64,000 nucleotides of DNA, taken from an uncultured Hormoscilla sp. Lineage in GTDB: Bacteria; Cyanobacteriota; Cyanobacteriia; Cyanobacteriales; Desertifilaceae. A program made the position numbers and the translations under genes. Location: assembly GCA_963921275.4 (NCBI GenBank), contig OZ001293.3, positions 6,624,001-6,688,000 of the forward strand, read 5' to 3'. Each line of letters starts with the position of its first letter. Position 1 is the first letter of the stretch. The notes beneath the pieces were generated by a model, which did not search any database, had not been told where the DNA came from, and saw only the letters and a program-made list of their open reading frames with translations. This document shows positions 23,484-34,187 of this stretch, piece by piece.

Positions 23484-24111
23484 GTTGCAAATCGGGAATG
23501 GCTTGGCGGAGTTTCGAGAAGGACCAGGCATCTTCGCGCAATAGCCGAGCCGTTGACCCTGTAAAGTCAACAAGGGTAGAAGGTTGTTGTTCGGGGTTTG
23601 GCCCTCCATCCAGAACCAGTGGAACTCGCTCTCCCAATTGTGCGGCAACTTCAGGGGCTGTTTTCTGAGTCTCCATCCCTGAGATGTTAGCACTGGTTAC
23701 GGCCAGGGGATCGCCAATCCGACGCACCAATTCCAAACAAAGCTGATGGTTGGGTATTCGGACTGCTACAGTATTCTGACCTGATGTCACAAATGATGGG
23801 ACAATTTCAGTCTTGCCGAAGATGCCAGACATGGCCCCCGGCCAAATTTTTCGGAGTTCCGAAAGCGTACTTTTGGGAATTTCTTGGGTCACAAGTTGCA
23901 GTTGTTCAAAACTAGCTACATAAATTATGAGCGGTTTCTGGGGCGATCGGGATTTAACCTCAAAAATCTTTTTAAAGCCCGATTCCCGAGCTATGCTGGC
24001 TCCAATCCCATAAATCGTATCGGTTGGGAATACGACCACATCGCCCTTTTTCAGCAACTCCACTGCCTTGCTTACGGCTGCTTGATTATCAACTGGTAAA
24101 ATTTCTATCAT
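23467..24111 (-). CDS. tsaC: L-threonylcarbamoyladenylate synthase (Sua5/TsaC)
   Basis: FPTDTIYG, KSR..KPL, WPG, AVRIP, TSANISG. Confidence 0.9.
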   Translation of the reverse strand: MIEILPVDNQAAVSKAVELLKKGDVVVFPTDTIYGIGASIARESGFKKIFEVKSRSPQKPLIIYVASFEQLQLVTQEIPKSTLSELRKIWPGAMSGIFGKTEIVPSFVTSGQNTVAVRIPNHQLCLELVRRIGDPLAVTSANISGMETQKTAPEVAAQLGERVPLVLDGGPNPEQQPSTLVDFTGSTARLLREDAWSFSKLRQAIPDLQPIPES

Positions 24112-24167
24112 CTCTTCTCCTTACCTTAATAGAATAGTCAGCCACTGGCTTGGACGATCGATCTTTT

Positions 24168-24980
24168 CTATGGTTCAGCAGTTTGACTCTGCCGCGCGGC
24201 TTCCACAAACTGACTGACTCGGATGGGATCGATCGGTTGGTCGATTTTACCGTGCCGCTTCAGGGAACTGGAAACTATCACCCCGTCTGCTGCTGGCATC
24301 AGGGTGGAAATATTTTCCCAGTTCGCCCCACTGCCGATGAACACTGGGGTGCCCTTTGCTGCTGAATATGCTATTTCCAAGTCTGACTGACTCGGAGGGC
24401 TGCCAGTTGTCTCGCCAGATATAATCACTCCATCTGCTAAACCCCGCTCGATCGTTTCTTGTACCACTGCGGTCAAAGAAGGTGTACCCAAGGGACTTCC
24501 ATGCTTGACTAATACATCAGCGAGAATTTTCACGTCACTGCCTAATTCTCGCCGGTAGCGCAGCAGTTGATGGGCTTGCCCCTCAATTAAGCCTTGGTCC
24601 GTTGCCATGACGCCAGTGAGGACGTTGACGCGGATGAACGAGGCATTTACACAGGAGGCGATCGCCATGGCGCTGCGAGCATCATTGCGCAGCATGTTGA
24701 TGCCAATTGGCAGACTCACCAAGTTCATCAGTCGCATCACTATCATAGTCATAGCGCTCACTACCGCCGGATCCACTCTGTCTTTGGTAAAAGGCGCATC
24801 AAAAAAGTTCTCTAGGATGATTGCGTCTACCCCACCTGACGCTAATGCTGCCGCCTCTTGCTCTGCCCTAGCTATAACTGCTTTCAGGTCGAAGGACCAC
24901 CGGGCCGACGTGGGTAGAGGCTGTAAATGTACCACACCAACGATCGGGTGCGCTGTGTTAAAGGTCTGAATCAAATCCAT
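24168..24980 (-). CDS. btpA: Photosystem I biogenesis protein BtpA
   Basis: GVVHL.PLPTS, ENFFDAPF, GINMLRND, ADVLVKH. Confidence 0.93.
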   Translation of the reverse strand: MDLIQTFNTAHPIVGVVHLQPLPTSARWSFDLKAVIARAEQEAAALASGGVDAIILENFFDAPFTKDRVDPAVVSAMTMIVMRLMNLVSLPIGINMLRNDARSAMAIASCVNASFIRVNVLTGVMATDQGLIEGQAHQLLRYRRELGSDVKILADVLVKHGSPLGTPSLTAVVQETIERGLADGVIISGETTGSPPSQSDLEIAYSAAKGTPVFIGSGANWENISTLMPAADGVIVSSSLKRHGKIDQPIDPIRVSQFVEAARQSQTAEP

Positions 24981-25422
24981 CTTTATGGTATATAGCGATC
25001 GAGGCTGATTGGGTCATCAATATTTAACCAGGGCTATCACCCAGCTATCAATATTCTCATAGGTTGTCAGTTGTGGCTTGTCAGTTGTGGCTTGTCAGCA
25101 CCATCTCCTATAACAGGTGATTATTTATAGCATTTCACACAAATTACGGTAATATGGGAAAATCGCGCTCAACCCTTATGCTGTCTGCAATTTCCCGTAC
25201 CTCATTAATCTGATATCGGATCGCATCTATCTGAGAAACGCTATATTTAAGTAAAAATACTGAACTCACGATCTGGACATGCTCCCACATAAGCTGTCAC
25301 GCATTTAAATTGCATAGGTCGAAAAGCGTGCCGAGTCCTTCAGGACAAGAGCAACGGAATACTGTGTTGGACTGAACAACTTACAACTCACAACTCACAA
25401 CTCACAATTCACAACTAACATT

Positions 25423-25923
25423 TTATGACATTACTTCTACAAAAGCTGTATTTTTAGCATGTTCTCTAAACTCGACACGTTTTACTCTAACTCTTCCTTT
25501 TGTTTCTGCTTGTACGAACTCATCCAGCTTTTGGAAGACCAACTCTGCAAATTTCTCTGCTCCCACTGCCAGCACAACTCTCAGCTGGATCAAACCTATA
25601 CTTTCTAACTTGTAAAACTCGTCCAGGTGTGGATCGTCTTCTGCAACTATTACTGTATGATCGAACATGTAATCCATCCATTCTTTAGGATTCATCCCGT
25701 CTATCTTACACTTCGCTCTTTTCATTCCCCCAAATTCCCATACCCAGTTACATTCATCTAACTCTCCTTCAAACCATACTTTGAAAGATACACCGTAACC
25801 ATGTAAGTATTTGCAGTGGGTTCCTGACGCTTTCCATTGTCGAAAGCAAGTTGAAAAGCCATCGAACACTTTCGTCGATACATACTTGATAACAGGTTTT
25901 TTATTTGTCGAGTTACTTGCCAT
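25423..25923 (-). CDS. queD: 6-carboxytetrahydropterin synthase (QueD/PTPS)
   Basis: HCKYLHGY, FDHT, GAEKFAE, EHAKN. Confidence 0.8.
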   Translation of the reverse strand: MASNSTNKKPVIKYVSTKVFDGFSTCFRQWKASGTHCKYLHGYGVSFKVWFEGELDECNWVWEFGGMKRAKCKIDGMNPKEWMDYMFDHTVIVAEDDPHLDEFYKLESIGLIQLRVVLAVGAEKFAELVFQKLDEFVQAETKGRVRVKRVEFREHAKNTAFVEVMS

Positions 25924-26399
25924 TATTTCCGGTTGAAAATGTTATCAATATACTTATCACTTGGGTGCGCTCAAAACCAGTTAGTAAAAGAAAGGTAAAG
26001 TCATGACTATCTCACCGGTTGATAAGTATTGATTTTCTCCTCTATAACTACTTTTGATCGCATCCCTTTCAAAGCTTCATAGTAACCTCCCTTATGTCAT
26101 TGCGAGGGGGGCCTATTGAGAGATGCTTGTGCTCCAGGAAGTAACCCCCTGGCCTTCGCAGCAGCAGATTGCTTCGTGTCTCGCAACAAGCTCCGGAGGT
26201 TTTCCCGGCAAAGACGTTATAGCTGTTTTCTACTGAATGATGTGCAGCTATCAGCAGTTGGGTAGCTTGCAGATTTTCGGCAGTAGATTTCACCTCTGGC
26301 CTTTCAATGGTCGCAGAAGATCGTGCCTCCCATTTGCCGAATCACCGCAGCATGATTGTCTCGGTAGATTTTCTCTTTTTCTCTGAATTTAGCTGTTTC

Positions 26400-26966
26400 T
26401 TACAATGCTTTACTGCCTTGATTTTTGCGAAACCACCCGAGCATTTTGATGCCAGTTGCGATGAGTCCGAGCAATCCCAAGCCGACTAACAAAACATAAA
26501 TCGGTTTCAACAAACTCCCCAGATAGGATCCTTGATGAATTGTCATGAAAATTTCGGCTTGTTCGCTGGACATACCCAACCAACTTTTGCCAAGGCGGTA
26601 GGAAATTTCAGAAAGAGCGCTGACGACTAAAGGGAGGAAAAAAATCGGCGCAAGCAGGCGATGTATTTTGCGCACGTCGATGGCGCTTGGCGGGCGATCG
26701 CTGCTGAAGCGGCGAATCATGGTGAAGCCGCTGACTATCATGCCGATGAGTCCCAAACCAAGTAACAGCACGTAAATCGGTTTTATTTGGTCTCCCAAAT
26801 ATTCTCCTTGGTGAATCACCATGAAAATGTCTGCTGTTTCACTGGACATGCCAAACCAGCTTTTGCCAATTCGATAAATTATTCCTGTGAGGGCACTCAG
26901 CAACAAAGGAATGAAGATAATTGGCGCAAGTTTTCGGTGAATTTTCCGAAATAATACTCTATTCAT
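26400..26966 (-). CDS. PepSY-associated TM domain protein (internally duplicated)
   Basis: Two RKIHR.LAPI...IHQG.YLG repeats. Confidence 0.75.
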   Translation of the reverse strand: MNRVLFRKIHRKLAPIIFIPLLLSALTGIIYRIGKSWFGMSSETADIFMVIHQGEYLGDQIKPIYVLLLGLGLIGMIVSGFTMIRRFSSDRPPSAIDVRKIHRLLAPIFFLPLVVSALSEISYRLGKSWLGMSSEQAEIFMTIHQGSYLGSLLKPIYVLLVGLGLLGLIATGIKMLGWFRKNQGSKAL

Positions 26967-27309
26967 TGTCTTTTATTCGTTGGACGAGCGGCAAGAGTGC
27001 AATCTCCACAAGTGTGAGCTAAGTCGAACCGCACACTGGGCCTCTGATTGCTAGCTGCTGCGCAGCAGCTGCCCTAACGAGGGTCTGATAGAAAAGCATA
27101 CCACAGTTACTGCGGAAGGTTTCCCCCCTCGCTCCGGACATCAACAACTCCAAGAAGCGCAAGTAGATCCAATTCAGAAGGATATCAACTAACGCATGAC
27201 CACACCCTTATCACTTTGATTGTAACATCAGCATTCAGTTTATGTGTTCCAAACCCAAGCGCTTTAGCGCTTACTACAAACCCAAGCGCTTACTACAAAC
27301 TGAACAGGT

Positions 27310-29064
27310 CTACACCGAGGATATCGAACCGGAATAGACAAAACCCCGTTGCATATCCAAAGTCACGATCGCCCCATCTCGAATGATATCCGTGGCTTGG
27401 GGAACCCCCACCATCACTGGCACTCCCAACCGCATGCCGATCACGGCGGCGTGAGAAGTGAGACTGTCATCCTCAGTGACTATTCCAGAGGCTTTGCGGA
27501 TCGCATCAATAAAATCAGCACTGGTATATTTGGCCACCAAAATTTCTCCGGGGTGGAAATGGGTCACATCCATGCCGTTGTGAGCTACCCGGGCCCTACC
27601 GCTGACTAAACCCTGACCCATGCCAGTCCCCTGAGCGAGAACTGCTGTCACTACTTCAACTTTAATCAAATTGGTCGATCCGGGGACGCCTTGGAGCGCC
27701 CCTGCTGTCATTACCACCAAATCTCCTTCCTGGAGCAAATGCTTCTCCTGAGCCACATTTATAGCTGCTTTGAAGGTTTGACTTGTAGAGGGCAAATCGT
27801 AAACCAGTAGGGGTTTGACGCCCCAGACTACCTGCAAGCGTCGTGCCACTTCTACATGGGGTGTCACGGCCAGAATTGGCGTCTGGGGTCGGAACTTGGA
27901 GACATTTCTGGCCGTACCACCAGTCTTGGTCAAGGTGATAATCGCAGAGGCCTCCAGCTGCGCGGCAATCTGGCTCACCCCTTGAGAGATGGCGTTGGGA
28001 ATAGACCGCTTGGTATCTGCTTGAGCGTGGCAAGTATTGCTTTCTCGTTCAATTCTGAGCGCAATGCGTGCCATGGTCGCCACGGCTTCTACTGGGTACT
28101 TGCCGATGGCTGTTTCATTGGAGAGCATGACGGCGTCTGTGCCATCCAGAATCGCATTGGCCACATCAGAAACTTCCGCTCTGGTGGGTCGAGGGGAGTT
28201 TACCATACTGTCTAGCATCTGGGTTGCGGTAATCACGGGGATTCCCAGTTGATTGGCGGTGACAATCAGTCGCTTTTGCAGAATGGGAACGTCCTCAGCT
28301 GGCAGTTCCACTCCTAAGTCTCCTCTCGCTACCATCACCCCATCAGATAAGCTCAGAATGGCCTCTATCTGCTCGATCGCTTCGTGCTTTTCTATCTTGA
28401 CAATTACTGGCACTTGCTTGCCAGCATTGGCGATGATTTCTTTGATTTCCAGCACGTCTTGGGGGTTGCGGACAAAGGAGAGCGCTACCCAATCTACCCC
28501 TTGATCTAAGCCAAACAACAAGTCTTTGCGGTCTTTTTCAGTTAGAGCTTTGATTGACAGGTAGACGCCGGGGAAGTTGACCCCTTTGTTATTGGAAAGC
28601 TTGCCGCCGACTACCACCTGGCAATGCAGTTGGCGAGCCTGACGGTCTACTTTCTCTACGAGCATTTCTAGTTTACCATCATCTAGGAGAATGGTGGCTC
28701 CGGCGGGGACTTCATCTGCTAGGGGTTCGTAGGTGACTGAACTTATCTCTTGGGTGCCAGGGACGCGATCGCTGGTCAGAATGAACCGATCGCCCCTCGA
28801 TAGGGCGATCGAGCCCGACTCGAACCGTCCCAAGCGAATTTTCGGACCTTGCAGGTCTTGTAAAATGCCCACAGGCTGATTTAGCTCAAAGGACAGTTGC
28901 CGAATTAAGCGAATGCTGCGTTGATGGTCTTCATGGGTGCCGTGGGAGAAATTTAACCGCAGGGTTGTGGCACCGGCTTCAATCAGGTTCCGCAATACCT
29001 CTGGAGAACTGGTTGCAGGACCAATGGTGGCGACAATTTTTGTCCGACGCTGGGAATGTTCCAT
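27310..29064 (-). CDS. pyk: Pyruvate kinase with C-terminal PEP-utilising domain
   Basis: RRTKIVATIGPA, MVARGDLGVE, TATQMLDSM, TSHAA; start at MEHSQ. Confidence 0.96.
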   Translation of the reverse strand: MEHSQRRTKIVATIGPATSSPEVLRNLIEAGATTLRLNFSHGTHEDHQRSIRLIRQLSFELNQPVGILQDLQGPKIRLGRFESGSIALSRGDRFILTSDRVPGTQEISSVTYEPLADEVPAGATILLDDGKLEMLVEKVDRQARQLHCQVVVGGKLSNNKGVNFPGVYLSIKALTEKDRKDLLFGLDQGVDWVALSFVRNPQDVLEIKEIIANAGKQVPVIVKIEKHEAIEQIEAILSLSDGVMVARGDLGVELPAEDVPILQKRLIVTANQLGIPVITATQMLDSMVNSPRPTRAEVSDVANAILDGTDAVMLSNETAIGKYPVEAVATMARIALRIERESNTCHAQADTKRSIPNAISQGVSQIAAQLEASAIITLTKTGGTARNVSKFRPQTPILAVTPHVEVARRLQVVWGVKPLLVYDLPSTSQTFKAAINVAQEKHLLQEGDLVVMTAGALQGVPGSTNLIKVEVVTAVLAQGTGMGQGLVSGRARVAHNGMDVTHFHPGEILVAKYTSADFIDAIRKASGIVTEDDSLTSHAAVIGMRLGVPVMVGVPQATDIIRDGAIVTLDMQRGFVYSGSISSV

Positions 29065-29341
29065 GGGTAGGGCCTCTCGGGAGTAAAAAGATACAGGCAA
29101 GAGACGATCATATCTTATACCTGGCCTGAGAGCGTCTTTTTCCTGGATGCCGCCGGTTGCACCCAGCCACATTTTCTAGTGAAAGATAAAGAATATGTTA
29201 AAAAAGCACTGGTTGTAAATCTATTTGTGGTATAATTACAAATCAGATCGCCTTTCCGAGGGCGATCTCAGGGTTCGATGTCGCCTTTGAGTATAACCGG
29301 AGTGAAGACGCGGCCAATTAAGCTAGGGAAAGTGAAGTAGG

Positions 29342-30010
29342 TTGACAAGTATGATAGAATTGGATATGAAAGATGAACCACAGGGAGTTTGTTATACAAC
29401 GGCTTTGGAAAAAGTGAGCCAGAGAATTAAGCCTGGAGATGCGATCGCTTTCTCTGGTAAAGGCGTTAATGGCATGGTGATTAGATGGTTCACGGCTAGC
29501 CTGTACAGCCAGATCGCCATTGTTATGGATACCGATCGGCATTGTACTACCCAAGGTACCATCGCGCTCGCAGAAGTCTCAAGTTACACGGGTTTACTCG
29601 ATTTCAGAAATGAAAAATGCAACTCGGGAGTACAAATTCACTATCTGTGGAATTGGATAAACGCTTATCGAGATTGCGGACAAGCCTGGTGGATCCCCTT
29701 AGCACAACCATTAAGCGAGTCAGGGGTAAAGAAAATGCAAGATTGGCTGTGGGAAATTCACGATCGACAAGTGTCTTTTGGCTTATGGAAGTCTATTTGA
29801 GCCGGGCTGAAAATTAATCGATATTTGGTCAGTACGGATAGCCAATATGCCGCACGCTACGCGAAAAATCGACTTTTTTGTTCGGAACTGGTGACAAAGG
29901 CCCTGCAAATTACCGAAGCGATCGATCCTGCGGTTCGGTCTTACCAACAAACACCGCACGAAATCATCAGCTTTCCCTGTTTTCAATCTCCAATTCTCAT
30001 TGAAATTTAA
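29342..30010 (+). pseudogene. Permuted papain-like amidase (YiiX-like), internal stop at 29800
   Basis: KPGD.I.F, IRWFT.S.YS, LFCSELV. Confidence 0.6.
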
Positions 30011-30023
30011 TGTCATTATAATT

Positions 30024-31226
30024 ATGTATCGACGCTTTACGAACCTTAAGGATATCTGGCGCGATCTAGCTTTTTCATGGTTACATCAAAACAATCTGGT
30101 TTACGTCACTTGCTGGGAGGATCCGAGACTGGATAGAGTAGCATTGAACCTCCAAGTAGAGGATACCATGCTTGTGATTACTTCAGCCGGTTGTAATGTA
30201 CTAGAATACGCTCTCGATCAACCGAAAAAAATTTACGCAGTTGATATTAATCCCAAGCAGAATGCGTTGCTAGAACTCAAGATTGCGGCCATTAGAGAAC
30301 TGGAATTTGAGTCTTTCTTCCAGATGTTCGGTTGTGGTAAGTTAGCAGGGTTTGGTGAAATATATTCCCAAAAACTGCGATCGCACCTCTCTTTATCTTC
30401 GAGAGACTATTGGGACAAATATGGCACAAGATTTTTTGCCGGAAACCGCTCCTTTTACTTTCGGGGGACAACCGGTAATTTAGCCCGTGGGATGTCATAC
30501 TATATCGATCGCATTCTGAAAATTCGACCGAGTTTCGATGCCATTTTAAGGGCCGAGACGATTGAGGAACAAAAGGAAATTTACGATCGCGACCTAGCCC
30601 CAGTATTTTGGAAAGACTATATCTCCAGTTTAATGAACAGCGATATAGGACTTTGGATGTTGGGTGTTCTCATACAGCAACGACGGCAAATGGAGCGCTA
30701 TTTAGAAGGAGATGTCGTCGAGTTTGTACAACAATGCTGCGAAAAAGTTTGTACTCAAATTCCTCTTAAGGATAATTATTTTTGGCGATTAATTATTAAT
30801 GGATAATCTTCTTTAAATTGCTGTCACAAATACCTAGAAGAAGAGAATTTTAATGCTCTCAAGTCTGGTTTAGTAGATCGCATTTCGATCCATACTAATA
30901 GCGTTACAGGCTTTCTGAAAAACTGTCAAGAGCGCATTTCTCGCTTCGTGCTTCTAGACCACATGGATTGGTTGCACGATCGCTACGAGGAATTACAACA
31001 AGAATGGCAAGCAATCCTGAATCAATCTCAGAACAAAACTCGCATTCTGTTTCGCAGTGGTGCATTTAAGGTAGAATACATAGATCCAATTGAAGTTATC
31101 TACCAAGGTGCATCTCGAAGGGTGGGAGAATTGTTGACGTACCAAACCGAACTTGCTCGAGAATTGCACTCAAAAGATCGAGTTCAAACCTATGGTAGTT
31201 TTTACATTGCAGATCTAGAAGTTTAG
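30024..31226 (+). pseudogene. btaA: BtaA (DUF3419) betaine-lipid 3-amino-3-carboxypropyltransferase, internal TAA at 30804-30806
   Basis: CWEDPRLD, ITSAGCN, AVDINP.QN.LLELK, DNYFW, LLDHMDW, DRV.TYGSF. Confidence 0.85.
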
Positions 31227-31323
31227 TCTGTAGGACGGGCAGGACGTCTGTCAGTTGCGTACCAGGTCCACCAGTTATCGGCCTGGTGCGCGGTCATTGG
31301 TCATTTATTGGAGAGATGAAAAG

Positions 31324-32058
31324 ATGGCGAGTTTAACAGATATTGCTCGTGATTTGAAAGTCCTTTATCATCTGGTTAAACCGACGGAAGGCGATACCCA
31401 TCAGGAAAGATTGGAAAACTTTTATCGGGGTCAAGCAACGGGTTACGATCGCTTTCGTCAGCGTTTGCTTTCTGGACGAGAACAACTCTATCGATCGCTA
31501 ACTGAATACGATGGCAAACAGTGGGTAGATCTGGGCGGCGGTACGGGGGTAAATTTTGAAGCTATAGGCGATCGCCTATCCCAGTTTGGTAAAATATATA
31601 TCGTGGATTTATGTCCTTCCTTGTTAGAAGTGGCCCGAGAGCGAAAGGCAGATCGGGGTTGGACAAACGTAGAAGTCATAGAAGCAGATGTGACTCAATT
31701 CTTACCTCCAGAAGGGGCTGCTGATATCGTCACTTTTTCTTATTCCTTAACGATGATTCCTGACTGGTTTGCTGCCATAGAACAAGCTTACAAAATTATT
31801 AAGCCCGGAGGAATTGTTGGGGTTGTAGATTTTTACGTTTCTCGCAAGCATCCTCCCGATGGATGGCAAAAAAATTCTTTCTTTGATCGCACATTTTGGC
31901 CAATTTTGTTTGCAAGTGACAATGTTTTTCTCTCTCCCGATCGCGTTCATTTTCTACATCACTACTTTCAACCTATCTCTTTTACGGAAAATATGGCCAG
32001 AATTCCTTTCCTACCTGGACTTAAAGTTCCCTATTATACCTTTATCGGACAAAAATGA
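31324..32058 (+). CDS. btaB: BtaB-type SAM methyltransferase (betaine lipid)
   Basis: RLENFYRGQA..YD.FR.RLL.GRE, WVDLGGGTG, FSYSLTMIPDW, GVVDFYV. Confidence 0.82.
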   Translation: MASLTDIARDLKVLYHLVKPTEGDTHQERLENFYRGQATGYDRFRQRLLSGREQLYRSLTEYDGKQWVDLGGGTGVNFEAIGDRLSQFGKIYIVDLCPSLLEVARERKADRGWTNVEVIEADVTQFLPPEGAADIVTFSYSLTMIPDWFAAIEQAYKIIKPGGIVGVVDFYVSRKHPPDGWQKNSFFDRTFWPILFASDNVFLSPDRVHFLHHYFQPISFTENMARIPFLPGLKVPYYTFIGQK

Positions 32059-32393
32059 TGAGATAAGTTGTTAGAGGGCAGTAGTTAGTGGTCAGTAGTT
32101 AGTAGGTTGGGATGTAATTATCTGTGTTAAGCTATATTATCGTCGAATATATTCCCAGCATGCTGGGATGATTGTCTTCCCTCTGTCCCCCCCTCGTTCC
32201 CACGGCTCTGCCTGGGAACGTGCGAGTAGCGCGCTGCGTCTCCTATGAAGTGTTTCTAGGGGTAGGGAGACGCAGCACCGAGGGACACAGCCCGAATATA
32301 TGGGTAGATAATTTAATTTTAATTTAACCTGTTTTTAAAAAAACGAGATGACAGGTGATAATAACAGATAAGGTAAAAGAAATAATTAGAGAT

Positions 32394-33113
32394 ATGGGAT
32401 ATACGACCGAGTTTGACGGGTCCTTTAAGTTAGACCAGCGACTATTTGACAGTCAAGTTCTCTACCTCCTAGAGTTTTCTCGAACTAGACGAGTCAAGCG
32501 AGATGCAGCAGTATTGGAAAATGCCCCAGACCCCAGCAGAATAGCTGTAGGTCTGCCCCTAGGTGAGGAGGGTTGCTATTTTGTGAATCAAAAGTGGGAT
32601 AAAGAAAGGGGTGAAATTTCGATAGTTGACTACAACAGACCGCCAGTAGGACAACCAGGGTTATGGTGTCAGTGGGTGCCGACGGCGGATGGTGGGGGAA
32701 TTGAGTGGGATGGCGGCGAGAAGTTCTATCGCTATATCGAATGGCTGCAATATCTGATTGATAATTTTATTGGATCTTGGGGCTATCACCTGAATGGAGA
32801 GGTAACCTGGAAAGGAGAAGATCCAAAGGATACAGGTCGCATTACTGTTGAAGCTAATTTGATTGTATCGCCAGCAGGATCGAAACAGAAGCTGCATGAA
32901 GCTGTTTCGCCAGTTCTGGTGCCCGCAGATGTTTGCCTTGGTCTATTAGCTGTACAAGAGGCAGGTATCGATCTGTGGAATTGGCACGGTGTGGTGGAAA
33001 AAGCTGAGGAACTGGGCTATGGGGCAACGGCGGCATGGGTTAAGGATAATTTAACAACTTCTTATCTAGCAGGTGTGGAACGGGGAGGCTTTGCATCAGA
33101 TGAAAAGGCGTAA
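32394..33113 (+). CDS. Hypothetical protein
   Basis: Long ORF starting MGYTTEF; PGLWCQW...WDGGEKFY.Y.EWL. Confidence 0.7.
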   Translation: MGYTTEFDGSFKLDQRLFDSQVLYLLEFSRTRRVKRDAAVLENAPDPSRIAVGLPLGEEGCYFVNQKWDKERGEISIVDYNRPPVGQPGLWCQWVPTADGGGIEWDGGEKFYRYIEWLQYLIDNFIGSWGYHLNGEVTWKGEDPKDTGRITVEANLIVSPAGSKQKLHEAVSPVLVPADVCLGLLAVQEAGIDLWNWHGVVEKAEELGYGATAAWVKDNLTTSYLAGVERGGFASDEKA

Positions 33114-33269
33114 TTTGCTTTGGTACTCGCTGTTATTTGATACTGTGGGGTAATAGACTGGGGCTTCGCCCCCCAGAGACCCCAAACCACCATGAATAGA
33201 GACTTTCTCCCCTCTCCCCTCTCCCTGCTCCCTGCTCCCTGCGCCAAATCTGGTAATTCGCCCACAGTA

Positions 33270-34080
33270 TCGCAGGTCCATCAGAATATGTGGCGATCCG
33301 GGCTGAAACGAATGCATCTGGCATTATTGCTATCACCCGCCTCGACTACCGTTCAGTTATTGCTGTCCCTGGCAACAGCAGCATCAAGTCCTAGCAGAAT
33401 TGTCAGGCAAAACGACCGGGCAAAACGACCGCAATGTCGGACGTGGGATCGACCAGTGGTCATCTCGATCCCAACAAGCTGCTGATGGAGGCGGGATTAA
33501 ATCCCAAGCATGACCTCAAAGTCATGATGTTGGAAGATTAGGGCAGTTGGGCGGCCTTGAAACAAGAGTCTGTTGATGCTTGGGGAGGTTCTACGATAGA
33601 ATACGAAAAATTCTTCCGCGATGACGGCTTTTCGGAAACAGTATTTCCGCTGATTGCCAAGGGACCGCTCCTGCCCAGCGATGTGTTTATTGGTAGCAGT
33701 CAGCTAGGTTCTGAAGCAGTCACAGAGATGCGATCGCGTATTTCGATGTCTCTCGGTCCCTCCATGTCTCCCGGTCCCTCCATGTCTCGCGAAGGCCGCG
33801 CTAGTCGCACTACCCGAGAGACATCGCTGTCAAATCAGCAGAAACTGATTAAGCCCTGGTGGTAAGAATTAGCGATAATGATCCGGGAATTACAGAAGAG
33901 ATTATATCCAAGCTGTTCGAGCCGTTTTGGACGACGAAAGAGGTAGGAAATGGAACAGGGATGGGACTTGCTATCGCTTATCAGATTATGGAAAAGCATC
34001 AGGGAAAAATTGAGGTAAGTTCCGAACCGGGAAAAGGCGCTTCCTTCGTGATCGTTATTCCTATTCACTCCCAGGCTTGA
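33270..34080 (+). pseudogene. Remnant of PhnD-like binding domain plus histidine kinase HATPase fragment
   Basis: DVGSTSGHL, GPLLPSDVF; ISDN.PGI, FEPFWTTKEVGNGTGMGL; stops and deletions. Confidence 0.65.
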
Positions 34081-34187
34081 GAGGAGATCGCCAGTTAAGG
34101 CCGCAGCAGCAAGGCTCAAAAATTGTCAGAGGGAAGGTAATGTGATATAGTAATTTGAGGAACATGGCAAATTAATCAAGGAGTTTC

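Noticed and set aside
26990..27200. Possible structured ncRNA between pyk and the PepSY gene
   Set aside because: Only short palindromes; no family recognisable by eye
33190..33245. Heptamer tandem repeats (also near 25070, 25385, 35790, 57720)
   Set aside because: Ordinary STRR-type repeats of filamentous cyanobacteria
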